From Lama glama (Eukaryota), in contig CM052816.1 of assembly GCA_028534125.1 (NCBI GenBank), forward strand, positions 57,414,001-57,478,000: a stretch of 64,000 nucleotides of DNA, in the 5' to 3' direction. This document shows positions 52,701 to 64,000 of this stretch, piece after piece. Within the stretch, counting starts at the first letter, position 1. Each line of letters starts with the position of its first letter. The position numbers were made by a program, and so were the translations under genes. The notes beneath the pieces are model-generated. The model was not told the origin of the DNA. It was given only the letters and a program-made list of their open reading frames with translations, and ran no database searches.

Positions 52701-55419
52701 CCATACCTCAGAACCGCTTCCAAAGTGACAGCCCTGCCCAGGGAGCCTGTTTAACACCGAACATGACGCATATCCCACAATAATGCAGTTCCATTATCTC
52801 TGGTAAAAAGCAGAAATGGCTTCAGTGGATACACAGGGTGGACGGCTACCCGCTAGTATTGCAGGACAGACTTCTGAGGTATGCTGTTTGTAGCATATCA
52901 ACTGCTCTGTGGTAAAATTAAATGACTTTCAAAATTAGGTTTTACGGTTTTATGTCTCTAGGTGTGGATTCATATAAAAGTGTAGTTTCTTGCTCTTAGA
53001 AATGACAAGTTCTCTCGGTAACCGGCCGTCATGAGAAATTAAAATGTCTTCTATTTTCTGAAGAGAAAATAATTCAAAATGGAAGAGGTAGACATTTTTT
53101 ACACTCAATTACTATAATGGTAGTGAAGAAGTAAATATCAAGATTCCCTTTCCCCACATTATTATTCTATATAGATTTAATATGTTATTATTTTAAATTT
53201 GCATAGCTAGATCATTATTTCCTAAGGTGATGAAACCAATACTTTTCCTCACATGATTGTGTGTAAAAATGCCAGCAGTTTTGACTACCCTACTTGCAAG
53301 TGCTGTATATATTATGTTTTTAAAATGTGTAGTGGTTGTTGCCTTCCAGGCATATTCTAGATAAAATTATAGTACCAATACTAGAAAGTGTTTTTATACT
53401 GAGACATCTTATTTGTTAACAGTCTTGTTAATAATTTTCATTTGCAACAACAGTTATTTTACAAAATAGTTTATTTTACTTAAATTTTGAATATAAAAGG
53501 ACCATTTGTATCATTAGGAAGTAGAACATAGCAAGAAAAATACTTTAAATAACTAAAATAGTCATAATTATGATTTCAACATTGTCTAAGTTAAATTCAA
53601 TAGCAGTTGAATACGGTAGTGTACAGGAAAAAGAGGCTCACAAATTGGAATAGATTACTAAGAAAAAAAGTTATATAAACCTTCATAAATGGTAGTTTAG
53701 TATATCTGCAGGGAAATTTACCCAGAATATATATATTTATCCAAATAACAAACAGGGTTTACTTCTGCATTTGAAAAGTTCCATCATGGAATAGAGAGCC
53801 TTGCTCTGTACAAATCAGGATGTCTATAGTATCTGTATTCTACTTTGCTAAAGAAAAATAACAGGAACACTTTTTAAATGTATAGGATTAGCGGATAGTG
53901 ACAGATGTAAAGAACTGCTGATTAAGCAATTAGTAAGGAATTCACCTGGTTAATAGTTTTGAAAAAATTGAAATGAATTGGAAAAAGGTGAAGTATTATT
54001 TACTGTATGTAGGAAGATTTATTTGCCAAAATCTTTTGAAAGAAAAAAATATTGATTGGCAAATGTTTTGAAATTGAGATTAGGCAAATTAAATATACAT
54101 TCTTTTATAAAATTTAAATGAAAGTGAATCAAAATTTTCATATAGTTCTGCATTGAATAAAGAGATACTTAGAGATGTAGCCCGTTTTATCTTTATCTTC
54201 TAGGTTAAATTAAAAATACATGTTTTAAACAGTAAATCTTCTGACCATTAACACAGATTTATTAGCACAGCTTATTTTATTTTACATTTGCTGTTATTTG
54301 TTTTCTCTTGGCACAGTTAGCACATGAAATAGCAGCTACCTAGTAGTGTTTTCTCTTTATACCCAAATACAGGACAGCAATGTTCATGTGGTAAAACTTT
54401 GAAGAATTGCTGATATTTTTAGTGACATATACTGAAATTAAAAATAGTAAGTAAACTGAGTTTAACCTCAAAACTTATTACAGGTATCTTATATGTTAAA
54501 TTTCTGTATTAAAATTAATTTCTTAGGTAAAAAAATTGACCAAGATAAAAATCAAAGAATAGTAGAAATTACAAAATAGCATTGAGTGGAAAACATACCT
54601 ATGTTTTCACCTTGGAAGGAAAAGATGCGTACTCTGTCAGATGTAGCATTTTCATTGTCAAAACAAGCATGAAGCTGGGAGGCAGACGGCCTGTCTGCAG
54701 ATGCTGGCTTTACCACTTACTAACGCTTTTAGTTCAGTCTTTCTGAGCTTCACTTTCCTTGTCTTAAATAGGATTAAATAAGATAAAGTATATTAGGCTC
54801 ATTAGCCAAGTGCCTGGCAGATAGTTAGAGGGCAATAAAATACAGTATCGCTAGGTATTAATACATGTAAAAGAGCAGATGTTTGAAAAGAGGAATGGTT
54901 ATTGAAATGAAATTGGTCTGGAAATCCAAAAATTCTTAAATAAATATCTTTAGTAGTTATTTATTAGTATATGTATAGAAACAGTAAGAGAAGTGAAATG
55001 ATCTGTTAGATACAGGCAAGTTTCTAAAATGGAATACTTCTGAGAAGTGTTTCCATTTTATACTTCCGGAAAGATGTGGGAATTCTCATTATATCCTTTA
55101 ACACTAGGCAGTTTAAGGAATTGCCTTCCCTTGAAACATCTTCAGATTGGCATTAAGGAAAAAAACATTTTAAAAAATAATTATTTAGAGGAATTTAATT
55201 GAAATTTTGGAAGAGGACAGTTATAGTCAATATTTAGAAATGTGTAGATAATCCATAGGCATTTCTCATTTAAAGCAAACCCAATATATAGTTTGAATAC
55301 ACAGAAAAGATAAATAAGTAAATTATTATTAACTGGGAAGGGATTAACTTCAAAGTTCCTTTAACTATTAATATCTCCTAGTGATTGAAATATGATTCGA
55401 TTTATAAGAAGTTCTACTT

Positions 55420-58400
55420 AGACTTTTGCTTCTGGGAAGGTGGAGTAGACCTACTTTTCCCTCTTCCTCTCGCTAAGTACAACCAAAAACCTTTAACATT
55501 ACACGTAAAACAAACATAAGACTGAGAGATGGAGAGAAGACAGACCCATTAGGGTGCTGGAGACCCAAGAAACATGACGGTTAGTTCCCTGGGCTTTCTT
55601 TTTGCCTCATGTGTCTCAGACTAGAAACTGAAGAAACTGGCAACCTGAAAATGCCAATGGTGCAGACAAAAAAGGGCCCAACAAAATATTACTATCTTTA
55701 GCTGAAGAACAGGAGAAGGGCAATATAGCAGATAGAAAACATTTAGACAATAACTGCTCTACTCCAGCCAAGAGCTACAGAAGAAAATTGTGACCTCTCA
55801 CTCTATTCATGCCAGCAAATGTCTGGGAAAAAAGAATCTAGACTTACCTTCACCAAGCTGTAACAAAGTGCCTCAACCCCACCTCCCCTCTGGTGTCAGA
55901 GAAGTTTAGGTAGGGAGTCAGGACTTTGCTCCCCACTGGCCTCTCATCTTGGGTGTCAATGGAGGCCAAATGGGAACTTGGACTTCTCCACCAGCCTGGT
56001 AGTAATGAGGTGGTGCCTGCTTTCCGCCCATACTTCCTCTTGCAGGGCTGTGTCAGAAGAAGCCAGCTGAAACAAAAGATTTAAACAAGATCTAAAATCT
56101 TATGTAACACAATGTCCCAAATGTCTAGATTTCAATTGAAAATCAATTTTCATGTTAAGAACTGGAAAATTTCAAACTGTATTAAAAAAGACAATTAATA
56201 AATGATAAAACCAAGATGACAGAGACATTAGAATTATCTGACAAAGATTTTAAAGCAGACATAAAAATGCTTCAAGTGTCAAGTACAAAAACACTTGAAA
56301 CAAAGAGAAAAAACTAGAAAATCTCAGCAAAGTGATAGAAGATATAAAAAAGAACCAAATGGAAACTTTAGAACTAAAAAATACAGTAATCAGAATTTAA
56401 AAACTAAGTAGATGGGTTTAAAAACACAATGGAGGGGTACAAGGAAAGAATTAGTGAACTTGTAGATAGAACAATAGAAATTCCCAGTCTAACAAAAGAC
56501 AGAAAATAGATTTTAAAAAAATGAAGAGTCTCATGGAGTTGAGTGACTATAACAAAAGATCTAACATTCATGTTATCAGAGTCCTAGAAGGAGAAAAGAA
56601 AGAAGTTGGGACTAAAAATACTCAGAGAAATAATGGCTGAAAACTCCTGAAAGTTGACAAAAAACATAAACCTACAGATTTGAGAAGTTCAGTGAATTTT
56701 CAACAAGGAGACCAAACAACGAAATGGGGGAAAGACAGTTTTCAACAAATAGTGCTGAGACAACTGAATAGCCACATGAAAAAGAATAAAGTTGGACCCC
56801 TACTTCACAGAATATACAAAAATTAATTCAAAATGGATTATAGGTCTAAATGTAAGAGCTAAAACTATAAAATTCTTTGAAGAAAACATGGAAGTAACTT
56901 TTTGTGACCTTGAGTTAGAAAAAGACTTCTTAGATATGAGACCAAAAGCATAAGCAACAAAAGGAAATACTAGATAAATTGGACTTTGTCAAAATTAAAA
57001 TTTTTGTGCTTCAAAGGACACCATTAAGAAAAAAAATGAATACTACCCACAGAATGGGAAAAAATATTTGCAAATCACATACCTCATAGGAGACTTTTTC
57101 TGGAATAAAGAAGTCTTACATCTCAATAAAAAGAGACAAAAAACCTAATTGAAATGGACAAAGGATTTGTATACACCTTTCTCCAAATAAGATATATAAA
57201 CTGCCAAAAAGTATTTGAAAAGATACTCAACATCATTAGCTATTAGGGAAATGAAAATCAAAACAATAAGACACCACTTAACACCCACTCAGAGATCTGT
57301 AATAAGAAGGACAGATAATAATAAGTATTGGCAATTGTAAGTGGAAAAATTGGAACTCTCATATATCACATGGCATGGAGGAGGCATAAAATGCTGCAGC
57401 TGCTTTTGAAAACAGTTTATTTCTTCAAATAATTAAACATAGAGTTGTCATATCATATGGCAGTTCCACTTCTAATGGAAATGAAAACATATATGTACAC
57501 AAAATTTGTGCACAAATGTTCATAGCATTATTTGTAATAGCCAATATGTAGAAACAAATCAAATGTCCATCAATTGATTAATGATTAAACAAAATACAGT
57601 ATATCCATACGATGGAGTACTAATTGGTATTTAAAAAAAGGAATAAAGTACTAATATATGCTACAATTTGAATGAATCTTGAAAACATTTTGCCAAGTGA
57701 AAGAAGCCAGTTACAGAAGACCGTATATTATATGATTACATTTATATGAAATATCCAGTATAGGCAAATTTACAGAGACAGAAAGTAGATTAGAGGCTTC
57801 CAAGGATTGGAGAAGGGGAAATACAGAGTGACTATCAATAGGTATAGGATTTCTTTTTGGGGAAATGAAAGCAGTCTAAAATTAGATAGTGGAGGTGGCA
57901 CAACCCTGTGAATATACTATAAAATACTTTATGGTAAACTTTAAAAGGGTGAATTTTATGGTACATAAATTATACATCAATAAAGCTTTTATTTAAAAAG
58001 AATAAAGAAGATAAATGAAGCCCAAATGGTGCTAATCCAAAAAAAAAAAATCTATTCCAAAGGAAAAAACATTCAAAGGAGGGAGCAAGAAATGATGCGT
58101 TACCAATACGGTAATTTGAATGACAGTGGATTTCACATCAGAAACCATGGAAGCCAAAAGGAAATAACACTGTTTTTTAAGTGTTGAAAGGAAATAACTA
58201 TCAACCCAGAATCCTATATTCAGCAAAAATATCCTTTTAGGAATGAAGGGAAAATCATGACCTTCTCAGATAAAGGAAAACTAAGAGGTCATGTCATTAG
58301 CAGACTTTTCCTAAAAGAATGGCCAAAGAATTATGCTAAACAGAAAGGAAATTATAAAAGAAGGAATATAAAAATATTGGGAAGAAAGAACAAGTTAAGC

Positions 58401-60222
58401 AAAAATATGGGTAAATATAATAGGTTTCCCTTCTTCCTCTGAGTCTTCTAAATCATATTTGATGGTTGAAGCAATAATTATAACATTGTCTGCTGTGGTT
58501 CTAAATGTATGTAGAGGAAATATTTAAGACAATAATACTATTAAATGGAGAAGGTAAAGAAATATAAGGAGCGATAAGGTTTCTACACTTGAACTGGTAA
58601 AATGGCAATACCAGTATACCAAGATAAGTTATACATAAACAAATATGTATGTGTAACATATATATAATGTAATACTAGAGCAACCAATAGAAAAGCAATA
58701 TAAAGAGATATACTCAAAAACATTATAGATAAATCAACATGGAATTCAAAAAAATGTGCAAGTAACCCACAGGAAGGCAGAAAAAACAAAACAAAAAAAA
58801 AAATAAAAGAACAGACAGAAAAGAAGAAATAAAATGACAGCCCTAACATATCAATAATTACATCAAACATAAATGGTTTAAAAACGTATTGTATTCTGAT
58901 TGGCAGAGTGGATTAAAATCATAATCCAAGTGTATGCTATCTAGTAGAAACTCACTTCAAATATAATGATGTAAGCAGGTTGAAAGTAAAAGAAAATAAT
59001 AATGATAAGAGCAGAAATCACTGCAACTTAAAATAGAAATACAATAAGGAAAATCAATGAAACAAAAAGCTTCTTGGGGAAAAAAATCAATAAAATTTAC
59101 AAACTTCTAGCAAGATTTTTGAAAAAGAAAGAAGACAAAAATTATCAGAAACTCAAGAATGAGTCAGGGGATATCACTTCTGGCCTATAGAAAACAAAAA
59201 GATGATGAGGGAATATTATGAACAACTCTGCACACATAAATTTGAGAACTTAGATGAAAGATACCAATTCCTTGAAAAGTACTAATTACCATAACTTACC
59301 AACATGAAATAGATCATTTGTATAGCCCTATAACTACTTAGAAATTTGAATTCGTAGTTGATAAACCACGCCCAAAAGAAATCTCCAGGCCCAGATGGTT
59401 TCACTAGAGAGTTGACCAAACATTTAAAGAATTAACACCAATTATATGCAGTCTCTTCCAGAGAAAGAAAAGAGGTGGAAATATTTTTCATTTTGTGTAG
59501 CTACTTACCCTGATACCAAAACCAAAGATAATATAAAAAAGAAAACTACAAACCAATATCTCTCATCGACTCAAAATAGACTCAACATAGACTAAAAAAT
59601 TCTTAACAAAATATTAGCAAATGAAATTTAGCAATACATAAAAAGAATTATATACCATGACCAAGTTGGGTTTATTCTAGGGATGGAAGGCTAATTCAGT
59701 GTTCAAAAACCAGTCAACATCATTAGCTATCAGAGACCTGCAAATTAAACTACATGTGATGAGATATCACTACACATCTATCTGAGTGGCTGAAACCATT
59801 CCCCTATCCAAAAAAGTGACAACACAAAAGAGCTGATGAAGATTCAAAGAAACTGAATCTCTCATACATTGCTGTCGGGAATATAAAATGGTACAGCCCT
59901 TCTGGGAAAAAGTTGGGTACTTTCTTAAGAAACTAAATGTGTGACTGCTGAAAGACCCAGCAGTTACGCTCTTGAGTATTTATCCCAGAGAAGTGAAAAC
60001 TTATTTTCATACAAAAGCTGTACATGAATTTTTATAGCAGCTATATTTGTAGTAGCCTCAAGTTGGAAACAACCCAGATGTTCTTCAATAAATGAGTGGT
60101 TAAAGAGACCACTTTACATCCATACCATGGAATTCTCCTCGGCAATAAAATGAAACAGACTATTGACACATACAACAACCTGGATGAATCTCCAGAGAAT
60201 GATGAGTGAAAAAAGCCAACCC
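55420..60222 (+). mobile_element. Ancient L1M-type element (5' UTR, ORF1, deleted ORF2), interrupted by a second L1
   Basis: ORF1-like remnants at ~56200-56697 resume at ~58020; ORF2 remnants at ~58840-60220. Confidence 0.82.
56698..58005 (+). mobile_element. Nested 5'-truncated L1 3' fragment (L1MB-like)
   Basis: ORF2 C-terminal and 3' UTR sequence ending tacatcaataaagc, inside ORF1 of the older L1. Confidence 0.8.
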
Positions 60223-61159
60223 ATGGTTTCTCCTAGAAAGTCCACTTCCTCTGCTTAATCTCCCTCTAGCCCTTTCTAACCTATAACTTCAACCTTTTCC
60301 TTTCCATTGGATCCAAAACTTTTCCAGAGTTAAACTGGATATGACTTTAATATTTGTTAAGGGTTGTGGGGTTCTAAGTTAAGAAACAATGCAAGATTCT
60401 GTCAAATTCAAAAGTCTTTTTAGAGTTGGAGGGATAATTCATCTGCATATCTTAAGAGTCAAAGAAACATAACATCCAATCAAGTGATTACCTATCATAA
60501 ATGATGCAGACCTCAGTGAATAGACAAGGGCTGCTTACTAAGTAGAGTTTGGGTGCCACAAAAAGCAGTCTGCCAAGTGATGAAGAACCTACTATAAACT
60601 ACAAATAGTGCCTGGTATGTTCCATCAGTGTTGCTGGAAAGACTAGAGTCAGTGTCTTGACCTGAAATGTCTAGTCATTATGCAATCTCAAGCAAGCTAA
60701 GAATGAAATATGTTAGTTAAGATTAGATTTGGCTGCAAGTGACAGAACACTGAACATTATTAACAAGGTAGCAATTTATCTCTCATGTAAACATAGGTAG
60801 TTCATAGCTGGTCTGAAAGATTCCTAATTATCAGGAGTATAGGCTCCTTTATCATGCTACTTTTTCATCCTTAATATGAACCTCCGTTTTCAAGATCCAA
60901 TTTATATTCCTAGATTTCAGCTTAGCCATTTACAACCACATCCCAGTCACCGGGAAGGAGAAAAGATATGGAGAAGTCTGTGACTTTCCCTTTAAAAAAG
61001 TTGCACACACTACTTTCATTTGTCATTAGCTAGAACTTTGGCACTTGTCATATGACACATACCTAGCTTAGCATCTAGGTCTAACTCCACTTCCAAAGAA
61101 AAGTATCTGGTTCCCTCTCACTGTAGTCCAAGGCCTGACTCCCAAAAGTTGGATTCTGT

Positions 61160-61678
61160 CATTCTTCTCAAAACCTCCCAATGGCTTCCAGTAACTCTTA
61201 GAATTAATTCCTTATCATAGCTGTAAATCCCTGCATGATCTAGCCCTTGCCTACTTTCTGACCTCATCTCCTTCCTATCCACTGCTTGCTAACTGGGCTC
61301 CAGCCATACTGTCCTTCAAACATAATAAACTCATCTCTTTCTTAGGCTCTCTGCACTTGGGGTTTCCTCTGCTACACTGCTGTCCTCTTAGGACTTAACA
61401 CAATGATCTCTCTTCTTCAGATCTCAAATATCCTGCTAGATATTCCTTAACCACCCTATTAAACCTCTGTCTTCTTAATTTTATTCATTGCATTCATCAG
61501 TATCTAAAATCATATTGTCTATTTGTTTGGAGTTATCATCTCTTCCTCTGAAATGTGAACTCCATTAGAGTAGGAACTTTGTCTCTTACAAACATATTCT
61601 CAGCATTAAGAAGAATGCCAAGCATAAAGTAGGTACTCAATAAATAGTGAATGGATGAATAAATGGATGAATGGATGA
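61160..61678 (+). mobile_element. L2 3' end
   Basis: Ends gtaggtactcaataaatagtgaatggatgaat with a (TGAA/TGGA)n tail. Confidence 0.72.
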
Positions 61679-64000
61679 CTAGCTTGGTGAAACAGTAAGA
61701 GAATCTAATACCTTGGTTTTGTTTCCATGCTCATTAAGCAACTTTCTGATTATACCTTCACACGTAAATTTGGTTACAGAGAAACAAATATTCTAATCAT
61801 GTTTGGACATGGACTGATATTCTGGTTCTTATGCATGTTTCTCCTCACTTTTTTTTTTAATGGGAATTTGCTCCTGAAAAGGAGATCTGCTTTTGAGTTT
61901 AGGGTCTTTCCAGGTGATCCCTGATCTTGCTGTGCATCTCCTTTTGGAACAGCACTAAGGACCCCCACCCTTGGATCATGGTAACTCTATCAAAACCCTG
62001 TCAAAGTAAGGGCCTTGTGTGAGGCCCTGTCTAGGAGGACAGCTCTGTCCCCTTTGTAATATTCCTAGGTTTATTTTTATTTTCAACTTGTAAAAGTTTT
62101 TAAGAACACATCTATCAAGAGACACAGATTATGAATTTACCATTTACCCCTCTTCTTTCTGCACCCTCATGATACAACTTTGATTTCCTTAAAAAAATTT
62201 TTTTTAAGAAGTAGTGTACAGGGAAGTTAAAGGCAATGCTTTAATGCCAGGCATATCTAGATTCAAATCCTGGCTTTGTCATCTTGGAGATGCCAGTTGA
62301 CCTTTGAAATCCTTGGTTTCCTCATCTGTATGATGAAAATATTAGTAGTACCCATGTACTAGGGTTGTTGAGAGGATTAAAAGAGACTGTACTTGTAAAG
62401 ACTGTACTTGTCACAGTGCCTAGTACAAAGTAAGCAATCAATAAATGCCAGCTATTTGGAATGAGTAATAATTTTTACCAGGTGAATTGAAAATAATGCA
62501 AATTCTAACATTATTAATAGTATAATAGAGGAAGACAAACTTGTTTTCCTTTAAAAAATGTTTGATATGATAAATGTTTTGAGTGTTGTGTTATACTCTA
62601 CTAAAGAGGAGTTGGACACATTGTCTAAGCGCAACAAGACAGAAATAATGGCAAAACATAGTGAGAATGCTACCTAAAAGGATCTCAAATCCAACTCTTT
62701 TATGGAGAGGTTGATGGTTGGAAAAGATTGGGTTAGTCTTCTCCTCTCTTAATATGTCTTAAAGGATATTAATCAAAGTTGAAAAACGAAGTTTTCTTCT
62801 ATTGCCTGCATTCTGCACCTCTGCCCTGCCATCTAAGTTTTTTCCTTCTGTTTATTTTTGTCTCTGTCTTTCATTTTGGAGCTTTCCTCAAATGTCTGGT
62901 GAGACTTGGCTATCCATTCAGACATATTTAAGAGTAAGGCACTGAAAAGCAGATTGTAAGCTCTGTTGTGATGGAGGCATTTGTAGACATGTGGTCATCT
63001 CCATAGTGTGGTGGGGCACTTTTGTGTCAACAACTTTTCTGGTGTTTTGATTAGGAGAAATAAGCATGGCTCCTGGTATTCTGGGACTTAGAAGGGGTTA
63101 TAGGGTTGGAGGTGGAAGGTCTCATTGCTCATTATGCTTAACTCTGATTAGTCTTTTGTTTTCATTTTGGTGCCTCATCCTTGCCCTCTACTGTACCTTG
63201 AGTTCTTAAGTCTGGGGCCTCTCTGGTTCAGTTACTATAGAGAATAAACTTCCCATTTTCCTAAGTTGAGACAAGAAAGTAGTTATCTGGCTTTATAGGG
63301 TAGGATAGAGTTCCAGTGTTCTTTTCAACTGGTTCTCCTGTTGTCAGAGCTGCTCTGCATCTCTGCCTTTTTCAGTACCTTCAATTCCTGAGTCCTTCCT
63401 GGGCTCTCTATATAGAGAGACTCAGCTTGCTTCAGTTGGCGTAGGCCCTTAGATTTCAGGTTTCTCTGCTCTTTTAAACCGCTTTCCACTTCTTCAGCTG
63501 CTTTTCATCTCCACAAATTTGTTAACATTCTTTGTCTGCTGTAATGTCTTTCCAGTTGTCTTTATACTTGTGAATTTATACCTTTAAAAAAATTTCCTTT
63601 ACTGTCATTTTCAGAGGATTTCAGAAAAGAGAAGAGAGAAAAATATGTCTAACACATTAAACCAGAATTTTTGATTCTACTTTTAAAAAGTAGCTGTTAG
63701 ATGATGTACTGGACATAGTTTCATTTTTAATTTTGAGTAAGAAAGATCGTATTTCAATATATATAATTTTTAGTAGGTTAGCAACTGGGAATTAAGTATT
63801 TTAAAAATCAAATTTAAGTTTAGTTCCAGTGATATCTTAGGAGTCGGCTTTTTTTTTTTTAGCCCTTGGGGAACTACATGAAATTGATCCAAATACATTG
63901 CCATGTAATTTTTCATGTTTTGTGTATCATGAAAATTCTTCACAAAATCAATTTATTAATGGATCATCAGCTTTCATAGAACAAAGACATTCTCTCCAGA

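Noticed and set aside
51511..52704. Overlapping ORFs of up to 206 aa
   Set aside because: GC-island artefacts with no recognisable domain; only MVWDR is supported.

Overview
Mammalian genomic DNA, AT-rich and repeat-rich. tRNA-Ala-derived SINEs beginning GGGGAGGGTATAGCTC match the camelid Vic-1-type SINE as I recall it, so the source is probably camel, alpaca or a relative (inference). The window holds the 5' part of transportin-1 (TNPO1, karyopherin-beta2) on the minus strand. Nine coding exons (15, 114, 76, 150, 107, 134, 82, 123 and 119 nt; 920 nt total) splice in frame to [19 protein letters not shown]...VLVRHLP(K), and the gene continues off the left edge. There are two CpG islands: the exon 1 promoter (~51.7-52.7 kb) and an internal island over exon 2 (~21.3-22.3 kb). 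The rest is intron or upstream DNA with L1, L2, MIR, DNA-transposon, LTR and SINE relics. Highlights: intron 2 is a U12 (minor-spliceosome) intron; a tailless 5'-half tRNA-Lys(CTT) retrocopy with target-site duplication; a polyadenylated LTR-like retrocopy bringing a sense AATAAA into intron 7; two L1 tails inserted successively at one site; a dimeric SINE; and L1 inversions. I found no CRISPR array, no prokaryotic-type system and no credible novel protein-coding gene. Repeat family names come from visual recall, not a database search.
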